Shown here in pieces: positions 46,371 to 55,557 of a stretch of DNA of 64,000 bases (positions within the stretch are counted from its first letter, which is position 1; each line of letters begins with the position of its first letter). This stretch comes from Patescibacteria group bacterium (GTDB lineage Bacteria; Patescibacteriota; Patescibacteriia; UBA10025; JAHIVO01). The DNA lies in assembly GCA_041660605.1 (NCBI GenBank), contig JBAZWB010000001.1, positions 265,295 to 329,294 on the forward strand. Direction: 5' to 3'. Both the position numbers and the translations under genes were made by a program. Under the pieces are notes generated by a model. It had not been told where the DNA came from, did not search any database, and saw only the letters and a program-made list of their open reading frames with translations.

Positions 46371-48701
46371 ATGCTAAAATCAAAAGAAATCAGAAAAATA
46401 AAAAAGCGCGACGGCCGGGTGGTGCCATTTGACCAGGAGAGAATTACCAATGCCATTTACAAGGCCGCTCAGGCAGTCGGACAGCCGGACCAGGAAACAG
46501 CCAAAAAATTATCAAAGAAAGTCGTAGAGATGCTGAGAAAGAATTTTGACGAGACTAAGCATCCGACTGTTGAGCAGATACAGGATATCGTGGAAGAAAC
46601 GCTGGTTAAGGAAAGAAAAACGAAAATTGCCAAAGCATATATTTTATACCGCAAAGAACACCAAAAATTGCGCGAGACCAAAGGATCCCTGGTGGGCGTG
46701 AATGAACTAGATACAAATTTATCTGTAAATGCGCTGAGAGTTTTAAGCAAGCGTTATTTCAGAAAAGACGTAAACGGCAAGGTACTGGAAACTCCCAGCC
46801 AGTTATTCAGCCGGGTAGCCCAAAATATTGCCAAGGCTGATTTAAAATATGATTCTTTATTATCCCATCCCGTAGACCTGGAAAAAACCGAGGAGGCTTT
46901 TTGCAATTTGCTGGCTAATCTTGACTTTGTCCCCAATTCGCCGACCCTGATGAATGCCGGCAAAGAGCTGCAGCAGCTGGCGGCCTGCTTCGTCATTCCC
47001 GTCGGCGATTCCATGGAGGAAATATTTGATGCGGTCAAATGGACAGCTATGGTCCATAAGACAGGCGGCGGTACGGGCTTTTCTTTCTCTCGTTTGCGCC
47101 CGAAAAATGACCGCGTGATGTCCACCAAAGGCGTGGCTTCCGGGCCGGTATCGTTTATGACTGTTTTTGATGCCGCCACGGAGACTATCAAGCAGGGCGG
47201 CACCAGGCGCGGTGCCAATATGGGCATTTTGCGCGTTGATCATCCGGATGTTCTGGAGTTTATTACCGCCAAGGAAAATAATGATAAATTGAATAATTTT
47301 AACATTTCCGTGGCCGTAACGGAGGATTTCATGCGGGCGGTGGAAAATGGCGAGGATTACGATCTGATCAATCCAAAAGATAAGAAGCCTATTGACCGTC
47401 TGAACGCACGGAAAGTATTTGATTTGATATTGACCCTGGCCTGGAAGAACGGGGATCCCGGAATAGTTTTCATTGACCGGATCAACAAGGACAATCCCAC
47501 TCCGAAGGTTGGCGAGATTGAATCGACCAATCCCTGCGGTGAACAGCCGCTGCTGCCTTTTGAGGCGTGCAATCTGGGCTCTATAAATTTAGCGCACATG
47601 GTCAAGGGGGATTTTTCATTGGGAGAAAAAGCAGAGGTTGACTGGGAAAGATTGCGGAAGACCATCCGCACTTCCATCCATTTCCTTGATAACGTCATTG
47701 ATATGAGCGCTTACCCCCTGCCTCAGATAGAGAAAATGGTGCACAATAACCGCAAAATAGGCTTGGGCGTCATGGGTTGGGCCGACCTTTTAATTATGCT
47801 CTGTATCCCTTATGACTCCGAGGAAGCGGTTGAGCTGGCTGAAAAGCTGATGAAATTCATTGCCGACGAATCCAGAAAGATGTCCCAGGATCTGGCTCTC
47901 GACCGCGGGCAGTTCCCGAATTTTGAAGGCAGTATTTTTGACCAGCCGAACGCCCCGAAAATGAGGAACGCCACCACCAATACCATCGCTCCGACCGGCA
48001 CTATCAGTATCATTGCCGGCTGCTCCTCGGGCATTGAGCCGATCTTCGCCATCTCCTATATCCGGAATGTCATGGATGATAATGAATTAATTGAAGTCAA
48101 TCCATTGTTTGAAACTATCGCCCGGCATGAAGGTTTTTACAGCGAAGAACTGATGAAGAAAATCGCGGAATCAGGCGGTGTCCAGGGACTGGACGAGGTG
48201 CCAGCCAAATGGCAGAGAGTTTTCGTGGTGTCACATGATATCACGCCAGAGTGGCATTTGCGCATGCAGTCCGTATTTCAGAAGCACACCGATAACGCCG
48301 TTTCCAAGACCGTTAATTTTCCGACAGAAGCCACGCCTTCGGACATTGAAAAAGTTTATATGCTTGCTTATCGCCTGGGCTGCAAAGGCGTGACTATTTA
48401 TCGCGACAAATCCAGGGAAACGCAGGTGCTGAATATCGCCAAGGTTAACCATAAGGTCGGGAAAAAGACATTCAGCTACAATTATGATGACATGCAGAGC
48501 AATAAGCAGTCTGTCCCAGATGCAGAAATTGACGAGCACGCAGCCGGCAGCCCTGAGCCAAGAGAGAAGGTAAAAGTAACGGTGGCCCAGTCAAAGAGCC
48601 ATGTGATAGAAGAATGCCCTGACTGCAAAACTAGGATGGAGATAAAAGAGGGCTGTTCTGTCTGCCCGCACTGCGGTTTCTCGGCCTGCAGCCTCGGTTG
48701 A
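46371..48701 (+). CDS. nrdJ: Class II (adenosylcobalamin-dependent) ribonucleotide reductase
   Basis: ATP cone, PNSPTLMNAG, TNPCGEQPL, TIAPTGTIS, C-terminal CxxC..CxxC; no beta subunit or glycyl motif. Confidence 0.93.
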   Translation: MLKSKEIRKIKKRDGRVVPFDQERITNAIYKAAQAVGQPDQETAKKLSKKVVEMLRKNFDETKHPTVEQIQDIVEETLVKERKTKIAKAYILYRKEHQKLRETKGSLVGVNELDTNLSVNALRVLSKRYFRKDVNGKVLETPSQLFSRVAQNIAKADLKYDSLLSHPVDLEKTEEAFCNLLANLDFVPNSPTLMNAGKELQQLAACFVIPVGDSMEEIFDAVKWTAMVHKTGGGTGFSFSRLRPKNDRVMSTKGVASGPVSFMTVFDAATETIKQGGTRRGANMGILRVDHPDVLEFITAKENNDKLNNFNISVAVTEDFMRAVENGEDYDLINPKDKKPIDRLNARKVFDLILTLAWKNGDPGIVFIDRINKDNPTPKVGEIESTNPCGEQPLLPFEACNLGSINLAHMVKGDFSLGEKAEVDWERLRKTIRTSIHFLDNVIDMSAYPLPQIEKMVHNNRKIGLGVMGWADLLIMLCIPYDSEEAVELAEKLMKFIADESRKMSQDLALDRGQFPNFEGSIFDQPNAPKMRNATTNTIAPTGTISIIAGCSSGIEPIFAISYIRNVMDDNELIEVNPLFETIARHEGFYSEELMKKIAESGGVQGLDEVPAKWQRVFVVSHDITPEWHLRMQSVFQKHTDNAVSKTVNFPTEATPSDIEKVYMLAYRLGCKGVTIYRDKSRETQVLNIAKVNHKVGKKTFSYNYDDMQSNKQSVPDAEIDEHAAGSPEPREKVKVTVAQSKSHVIEECPDCKTRMEIKEGCSVCPHCGFSACSLG

Positions 48702-48746
48702 TCAGGGAAGCAGCCAGCGGTTTTTTTCTAGACCCACGATAATATT

Positions 48747-49292
48747 ATGAAATATAGAAAAGTTGATAAAGGACTGGTGCATATCTACACTGGCGCAGGC
48801 AAGGGCAAAACCACGGCGGCGCTGGGCCTGGCTTTAAGGGCGATCAGTTACAAAAAAAATGTTTTAATGGTTCAGTTCATCAAAGGGCCCTGGCGCTCGG
48901 GTGAGCTAAACATTATTAGTAAACTAAGGCCATATTTAAAAATTAAAGCGTTAGGACAGGGCTTTATCGGGATACAAGGCGACAGGAAGCCTTTTTCAGC
49001 CCACAAAAAAGCGGCGGAGCAGGCTCTGGAGTACGCGCAAGCGCAGATAAAATCCGGCAGATACGATTTGGTGATATTGGATGAAATAAACGTGGCCTTG
49101 AAAGAAAGGGCCGTTACTCTGGCACAAGTCAGAAAAATCATCCGGACAAAACCAGCTGCCGTTGAACTAGTCCTGACAGGCCGCTATGCTTCCCGGGAAA
49201 TAATCAAGCTGGCTGATTACGTTTCGGAGATAAAAATGATTAAGCACCCTTTTGAAAAGGGAATACTGGCCAGGCCGGCGATAGATTATTAG
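48747..49292 (+). CDS. cobO: Cob(I)alamin adenosyltransferase (CobO/BtuR/CobA type)
   Basis: YTGAGKGKTTAALG, QFIKG, LDEIN, ELVLTGR, KHPF. Confidence 0.93.
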   Translation: MKYRKVDKGLVHIYTGAGKGKTTAALGLALRAISYKKNVLMVQFIKGPWRSGELNIISKLRPYLKIKALGQGFIGIQGDRKPFSAHKKAAEQALEYAQAQIKSGRYDLVILDEINVALKERAVTLAQVRKIIRTKPAAVELVLTGRYASREIIKLADYVSEIKMIKHPFEKGILARPAIDY

Positions 49293-49361
49293 CCATCCCA
49301 GACAAGCTTAAACATAATATTTTTTAAATAGAGAGGGATAATATTAATTAAACAAAAGAAT

Positions 49362-49841
49362 ATGAAAAAGACCGTCAATCTTCATTTTATTGCCCTTTCG
49401 GTGGTTGCGTTGGTGGTGGCTATCACAGCTATTTCCGCGGTGGGTTATAACACCGAAGCGGATATTGAACAGCTTGCCAGCCGGCCGATGGTAACGATAG
49501 AACCGGCTCAGGGAGTAGTCGCCGGCTTAGCCACGGAAAATGCGCACCTGGTTATTGACCGGGGCACTGGCAATTCGCTGAGCATGTACGTCCAGGTCAA
49601 CGACGAGACAACCGTATTTCAGGCGTTGCAAGAGGCTGCCAACGATTACGGCCTGGAATTAAAAACTTCAACCAGCGATTATGGCGTATTGGTGCAGGGC
49701 ATCGGAGAGATGATTGGCGGGCAGGACGATAAATACTGGATTTATTATGTAAATGGCGAAATGGCTTTGAATTCCGTAGATAAGCAGATGGTTAATCCCG
49801 GCGATAAAATTGAGTTTCGCTTTGAGGCCAATCCTTTCTAA
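49362..49841 (+). CDS. Membrane-anchored DUF4430 (transcobalamin C-terminal-like) protein
   Basis: TVFQAL, YG.LV.GIG, YWIYYVNG, GDKIEF. Confidence 0.8.
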   Translation: MKKTVNLHFIALSVVALVVAITAISAVGYNTEADIEQLASRPMVTIEPAQGVVAGLATENAHLVIDRGTGNSLSMYVQVNDETTVFQALQEAANDYGLELKTSTSDYGVLVQGIGEMIGGQDDKYWIYYVNGEMALNSVDKQMVNPGDKIEFRFEANPF

Positions 49842-49859
49842 TTTATAGTATTATTAAAA

Positions 49860-50405
49860 ATGAAAAAAAACATAGTTATCCAGTCAGTTATTTTAGTGAT
49901 AATCATTGCCGCCAGTTTTATCATGAGGCTGGTGCCGCATCCCGTAAATTTTATCCCCATCGGGGCTCTGGCGCTTTTTAGCGGATCTTATATCAAGTCC
50001 AAATGGGGCGTAATTTTGCCAGTGGCAGTGATGGTGGCTAGTGATTTAATAATCGGAGTGCATAGTCTGGTTCTGTTCACCTGGGGCAGTTTTTTACTGA
50101 TAGGAATGATCGGCTGGTGGATCAGAAAAAACAGGAATATCTGGCGCGTGGCTGGCGGAACTTTAGCCGGGTCGGTATTATTTTTTCTAGTGACCAATTT
50201 CGCGGTTTGGGGATTCACGCCTTTATACCAAAAATCCGTTGCCGGTCTGGTGAATTGTTTTTATATGGCGCTGCCGTTTTTCCGCAACACCGCCTTGGGT
50301 GATTTATTCTATGTTGGCGTCTTTTTCGGATTATATGAAGCAGTTATGCATTTTGCCGTAAAGAGACAGCCGGATCGTCAAAAAGCTTTTAGCAAAGAGA
50401 TTTAA
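49860..50405 (+). CDS. DUF6580-family putative transporter (ECF S-component-like)
   Basis: RLVPHP.NF.PIGALALF, SD, FFLVTNFAVW, ALPFFRN...GDLFY. Confidence 0.8.
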   Translation: MKKNIVIQSVILVIIIAASFIMRLVPHPVNFIPIGALALFSGSYIKSKWGVILPVAVMVASDLIIGVHSLVLFTWGSFLLIGMIGWWIRKNRNIWRVAGGTLAGSVLFFLVTNFAVWGFTPLYQKSVAGLVNCFYMALPFFRNTALGDLFYVGVFFGLYEAVMHFAVKRQPDRQKAFSKEI

Positions 50406-50414
50406 AATATTGTT

Positions 50415-50445
50415 AAAAAATCAGGAAAGCTTATTCCTGATTTTT
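50415..50445 (+). terminator. Intrinsic terminator of the nrd/B12 operon
   Basis: AAAATCAGGAA..TTCCTGATTTTT. Confidence 0.65.
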
Positions 50446-50506
50446 CATTTGGCGCAAATCGGGATATTTACTGATTCATTGATTTTATCTATAATAATAT
50501 AAGGCT

Positions 50507-51427
50507 ATGCCTCAATACCAACAATACCAAAGATACAAAATGCAACCGGAAAACAAGGGTTTTCGCCTCGGACGGCTCTTGGTGATTATTGCCATTTTGG
50601 CGGTTTTATATCTGATCGGCCGGGCGATATTCGGCAGCCCGGCGGAGATTGAATCAAACATACCGGACATAACCAATGAAAACGTAAACACCGAAGCGGC
50701 TGCCAATACTAATGACAATGGGAATTCAAATGTGAATACCGCGGTAAATTCTAACTCAAATGCTAATACTAATAGTAACAGCAATATTAATGCCGCCATC
50801 ACCAGTGATTTTAATTTGGAAAATTGCAAAAATAACATAGCCCACGGGAGTACAGCGGAAAAAAGAATCAGCCTGACTTTCAACGTTGGCACGGTTAAAG
50901 AGGGAGAGATCCAGAAAGTGCTGGACGCTCTGAAAAGTACCAGTACGCCGGCTGATTTTTTTGCCAGAGGCGACGTAGCCGAAGCAAATCCTGATTTAAT
51001 AAATAAAATCGCCAGCGCCGGATTTCCGATATACAATCTGAGCTATGACCATCCGAGATTTACCGAATTGACTAGCGAGGAGATGGCCGACGAGTTGGAA
51101 AAAGCGGATGCCGCCATCTCGCAAAGGACAGAAAAAAGCACCAAGCCATTCTTCCGGCCGCCTTATGGCGCGGTTGATGATGACGTCCTGGCTGCCGTTA
51201 AGGAAGACGGCTACTGCCCGGTGACCTGGACAGTGGACGCGCTTGACTGGTCGGCAGATTATACCGCCGCGCAGTCGAAGGAAAGGGTGCTGACGAATAT
51301 CAGCAATGGCTCAATCGTCTTGATGCAGGCCAGTAATTCGGTGACTTCCGAGATAGTACCGGAATTAATTACCAATCTTAAATCTCAGGGTTACGAAATT
51401 GTTGATCTGAATAAACTGCTGGAATAA
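50507..51427 (+). CDS. Membrane-anchored NodB/polysaccharide deacetylase-like protein, catalytic residues missing
   Basis: LTFNVG (vs TFDDG), NLSYDHP (vs NHSxxH), FRPPYG, VDALDW, IVLMQ (vs LLH). Confidence 0.85.
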   Translation: MPQYQQYQRYKMQPENKGFRLGRLLVIIAILAVLYLIGRAIFGSPAEIESNIPDITNENVNTEAAANTNDNGNSNVNTAVNSNSNANTNSNSNINAAITSDFNLENCKNNIAHGSTAEKRISLTFNVGTVKEGEIQKVLDALKSTSTPADFFARGDVAEANPDLINKIASAGFPIYNLSYDHPRFTELTSEEMADELEKADAAISQRTEKSTKPFFRPPYGAVDDDVLAAVKEDGYCPVTWTVDALDWSADYTAAQSKERVLTNISNGSIVLMQASNSVTSEIVPELITNLKSQGYEIVDLNKLLE

Positions 51428-51647
51428 TGCTGTCGAATGAAATATGATTTAATGGATTCACATACAATAGGGGTTGTTTGTGAATTTTTTCCTTGAAATT
51501 TTGCGTATAATCACAGCAGTAATACTAAAGTAGTTTTGGTTCTTTTGTATTTTGGCCTGAAATTACAGAAAAATCAGCTTCCTGCTTGACAGATTTTAAT
51601 TTCCCAATAATAATTATTAACACAAATTAAATTTAATTATAAATAAT

Positions 51648-52946
51648 ATGGAAGAAGCAACAATCAAAAAATCCTCAAATAAAAAAGAAGAATCCAAAAA
51701 GGTGATAACTCCAGAAATGCTCAAAAGAATGGTGATCAGTACGTTACTAATCAGTTTTTTAGTCGGTGGCGCTTCCGGGGTACTTTTCGGCAGCTGGGCA
51801 ACCATTGATACTTCAGCTTCCTCCTGGATACAAAAAAATATTTTCAAGCAGTCAAGCGCCCAGACGGTCAGCAACTTCACAAGCGGGACCACGGTTAACG
51901 GCGGTACAGTTACAGTTCAGGAAGATTCAGCCACTATTGAGGTGGTAAAAAAGGTAGATCCGGCTGTCGTCAGTATTGTGATTTATCAGGATGCCAGCCA
52001 GAATCCCAATAACATAAACCTCGGACCTTTCGGCGGAATATTTAATATACCTGATCAACTGCAGACGCCCCAGGGGAAACAGGAAGTCGGGGCTGGGACA
52101 GGATTCATTGTTTCAAGTAACGGTATTATTTTGACCAATAAGCATGTTGTGGATACCAAAAGCGCCACCTATACAGTTGTATTAAATGATGGCACTCAAT
52201 ATGAGGCGCAAGTGCTGGCTGCCGATCCTTTCAATGATATTGCTTTGATAAAGATTGACGCAAATAACTTACCTTCAGTGGAAATTGGCAATTCAGATGC
52301 GCTGCAGCTGGGACAAACCGTCGTTGCCATCGGCAATGCCCTGGGTCAGTATAATAATACCGTTACCCGCGGATTAATTTCCGGCCTAGGGAGAACCGTA
52401 ACTGCCGGCGACAATACCGGACAGTCGGAAACACTGCAAAATATTATTCAAACCGATGCGGCCATAAATCTCGGTAATTCCGGCGGCCCGCTGCTGAATT
52501 TAAGCGGCCAGGTGATTGGCATCAACACCGCCATCAGTCAGCAGGGCCAGCTGGTAGGTTTTGCCATCCCCATAAACCAGGCGATTAAAGATATACAAAG
52601 CGTGGAAACGACCGGAAAAATTATCAGCCCTTATTTAGGCGTCAGATATGTACTGATAAATGCGGATATCGCCAAGCAAAATAATTTATCGGTGGATTAC
52701 GGAGCCTTGATTGTAAAGGGCGCTAATCCTTCTGATTTGGCAATTGTCCCCGGCAGTCCCGCTGACAAGGCTGGTCTGACGGAAAATGACATTATCCTTG
52801 AAATCAATGGCCAGAAAATAGATCAAAACCATAGCCTGGTTTCGGAACTGCAAAAGCAGAACCCCGGCGATTCAGTGACCCTGAAAGTGTTGCAAAAAGG
52901 CCAGGAAAAAACAATAAATGTAAAATTGGAACAGGCACCCCAATAA
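51648..52946 (+). CDS. htrA: HtrA/DegP-family serine protease with PDZ domain
   Basis: TNKHVV, DIAL, TDAAINLGNSGGPL, GSPADKAGL. Confidence 0.95.
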   Translation: MEEATIKKSSNKKEESKKVITPEMLKRMVISTLLISFLVGGASGVLFGSWATIDTSASSWIQKNIFKQSSAQTVSNFTSGTTVNGGTVTVQEDSATIEVVKKVDPAVVSIVIYQDASQNPNNINLGPFGGIFNIPDQLQTPQGKQEVGAGTGFIVSSNGIILTNKHVVDTKSATYTVVLNDGTQYEAQVLAADPFNDIALIKIDANNLPSVEIGNSDALQLGQTVVAIGNALGQYNNTVTRGLISGLGRTVTAGDNTGQSETLQNIIQTDAAINLGNSGGPLLNLSGQVIGINTAISQQGQLVGFAIPINQAIKDIQSVETTGKIISPYLGVRYVLINADIAKQNNLSVDYGALIVKGANPSDLAIVPGSPADKAGLTENDIILEINGQKIDQNHSLVSELQKQNPGDSVTLKVLQKGQEKTINVKLEQAPQ

Positions 52947-52965
52947 TTTTCAAGCCAATGTTAGT

Positions 52966-52999
52966 AAAAAAATTTCCGGGTTTAAACGGAAATTTTTTG
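52966..52999. terminator. Bidirectional terminator
   Basis: AAAAAATTTCCG..CGGAAATTTTTT between convergent htrA and glnA. Confidence 0.75.
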
Positions 53000-53004
53000 T
53001 TCAG

Positions 53005-54345
53005 CTATAAATATTTTTTTATTTCCACTGGCGTTACTTCCAGTCTGGCCTGCTCTACCTCTTTCCGCTTGGCCTTGATAAAATTATCCACAATTTCTTG
53101 TCCCAATGCCTGTTTAATCACTTCATCATTTTGCAGTTCGGTGATTGCTTGTTCAAGGCTAGAAGGCAGGGTATCAATATTTTTATTTTTTAATTCAAGC
53201 GAAGTCAGGTTAAAAACGTTTTCTTCAATTGGTTTGGAAATTGGCAGCTTCTTTTTCATGCCATCAAGTCCGGCCGCCAGCATGACGGTAAAAGCCAGAT
53301 AAGGATTGCAATACGGATCAGGGCAGCGTAATTCTGCTCTGGCAGAGATTTCTTTTCTCTCGGGACTGGCTGACGGAATGCGGATGAGAGCGGAGCGGTT
53401 TATGCGTCCCCAGCAAATGTAACAGGGCGCTTCATATCCGGGCACTAATCGTTTATAAGAATTAACAGTTGAAGCAAGGATAGCACACATGCCTTTGGCA
53501 TGTTTCATTTGTCCGGCGATAAAATGGTAGGCAGTTTTTGAGAGATTATATTTATCCCGGGCATCAAAAAAAGCATTTTTGTTATTATTGAAAAGACTTT
53601 GGTGGACATGCATGCCAGAGCCATTGACACCCTGGATCGGTTTGGGCATGAATGTCGCCATCAGCGGTGTATTGGAGCCGGCGTGAGCTTTAATGGAGTT
53701 TTTCAGGATGGTAATATTCTCGGCGCTTTTCAAAGCCTTGTCATATCTAATACCGATTTCATTTTGGCCCGGAGCGACTTCATGATGATAGACTTCGCCC
53801 TTTATGCCAAAACTGGATAAATCCAAAATAACCTGTTCGCAAATCTCCGTAGCCCGGGATACAGTGGTGTAGTCAAAATATCCTTTGGCATCATGGGGGA
53901 TTAATAACGGCAGTTTGTCTCTTTCAAATAGAAAGAATTCCACTTCCGGCCCGACTTTATATGTAAAGCCCAGTTTTTCGGCCTGGGAGAGAATTTTTTT
54001 CAGGACAAAACGCGGGTCGCCCTGGAAGGGCCGCCCGTTTGGCAGGTAAACGTCGCAGATTAAATGTGCGGCTTTTTTCTCCTTATCAGACCAGGGCAGT
54101 ACGCTGAATGTACCTAAATCCGGCTTCAGCACCATATCGCTTTCAAAAATACGCCCGAAACCTTCGATTGAAGATCCGTCAAACCAGATGCCCGATTGAG
54201 CAATTGATGAAAAGTTTTCAGCGTTTACACTGATACTTTTTAAAGCTCCAGTGACATCCGTGAATTGCAGATAAATAAACTTTATTTTAAATTTTTTTAT
54301 CTCCTTCTCAATGGCAGAGACGCTTTTGTGTTCCAAACCTTTCAT
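53005..54345 (-). CDS. glnA: Glutamine synthetase type I
   Basis: FDGSSIEGF, HHEVAPGQNEI, FMPKP...NGSGMH, NSYKRLVPGYEAP. Confidence 0.97.
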   Translation of the reverse strand: MKGLEHKSVSAIEKEIKKFKIKFIYLQFTDVTGALKSISVNAENFSSIAQSGIWFDGSSIEGFGRIFESDMVLKPDLGTFSVLPWSDKEKKAAHLICDVYLPNGRPFQGDPRFVLKKILSQAEKLGFTYKVGPEVEFFLFERDKLPLLIPHDAKGYFDYTTVSRATEICEQVILDLSSFGIKGEVYHHEVAPGQNEIGIRYDKALKSAENITILKNSIKAHAGSNTPLMATFMPKPIQGVNGSGMHVHQSLFNNNKNAFFDARDKYNLSKTAYHFIAGQMKHAKGMCAILASTVNSYKRLVPGYEAPCYICWGRINRSALIRIPSASPERKEISARAELRCPDPYCNPYLAFTVMLAAGLDGMKKKLPISKPIEENVFNLTSLELKNKNIDTLPSSLEQAITELQNDEVIKQALGQEIVDNFIKAKRKEVEQARLEVTPVEIKKYL

Positions 54346-54457
54346 TTTTTTACTTGATATTATATGAAATCAGTATAAGCTGACATTTGCCAGCTGTCAA
54401 ATTTGCCAAGCAACTGTATTATGGAGTATGATATATCAAGAAGTAATTTAATTTTAT

Positions 54458-55556
54458 ATGAGAGAATTAATCGAGAAAATAAAGGCATTACAAGCCAAAA
54501 TTTCCCGCACCTGGGGGTTACTTTGACCTTGATAAAGTCAAAGACGAGATAAAATCATTGGAATTTGAAATGGCGGAACCTGATTTTTGGTCCCAGCCGG
54601 AGCAGGCGAAATTAAAAAGCCAGCACTTTGACGAATTGAAAGAAGAAGTCTTGCGATGGGAAAAAATTTCCAGGGAAGTTGGCGATTTGCTGACCTTCGC
54701 GCAGGAAATACATTCCGTAAAGGACGATTCGCTGAAGGGGGAGCTGGAGATTAAATTTAATGAGATAAATAAGCGCTTTGACAGCCTGGAGTTTTATATT
54801 TTATTATCCGATAAATACGACAAAAATAATGCCATAATGGCTATTCATGCCGGCACCGGGGGAGTTGACGCGCAGGATTGGGCGGCGATGCTGCTGCGCA
54901 TGTATCTGAGGTTCGCCGAACGAAATGGCTGGGTAGTCAAAATTGTCGATAAATCGGTCGGTGCGGAAGCGGGCATCAAAAGCGTAACCTTCCATATTAC
55001 CGGGCGCTACGCTTACGGCTATCTGCAGGGCGAGGCGGGCGTCCATCGGCTGGTGCGCATTTCGCCGTTTGACGCTGAGAAGATGCGCCATACGTCATTT
55101 TCCCTGGTGGAAGTTTTGCCGGAGCTGGAGGATCTGGAACAGGTAAAAATTGACGATAAAGATCTGCGCATCGATACCTATATGTCTTCCGGCAAGGGCG
55201 GTCAGTCTGTTAATACCACTTACTCGGCGGTACGTATAGTGCATACTCCCACCGGGATTACGGTGACCTGCCAGAATGAGCGGTCGCAGCTGCAGAACAG
55301 GGAAACCGCCCTGAAAATTTTGAAAAGCAAGCTGAATAAACTGAATGAAGAGGAAAGGCAGAAAGAAAAGCAGGAATTAAGAGGCGCCTATCAGGAAGCG
55401 GCTTGGGGCAACCAGGTAAGATCGTACGTGCTCCAGCCTTATAAAATGGTTAAAGACCACCGGACCAAGTTCGAAACCGGCGACGTGGACAGGGTGCTGG
55501 ACGGCGATTTGGAAAGTTTCATGGAAAATTATTTGCGTAATAAAGTAAAAAAATAA
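54458..55556 (+). CDS. prfB: Peptide chain release factor 2 (programmed +1 frameshift)
   Basis: ATG 54458 is in frame to CTT-TGA-C at 54521, with upstream GGGGG; SPF and GGQ motifs in the +1 frame. Confidence 0.97.
54513..54527 (+). promoter_or_regulatory. RF2 autoregulatory frameshift site
   Basis: GGGGG-TTA-CTT-TGA-C. Confidence 0.93.
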
Positions 55557-55557
55557 T

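Noticed and set aside
48702-49361. Cobalamin riboswitch
   Set aside because: The intergenic gaps are too short and no B12 box is visible
54558-55556. prfB as a truncated or pseudogene, or UGA recoding (code 25)
   Set aside because: Explained by the classical CTT-TGA +1 frameshift; TGA ends hisS, nrdJ and glmS normally
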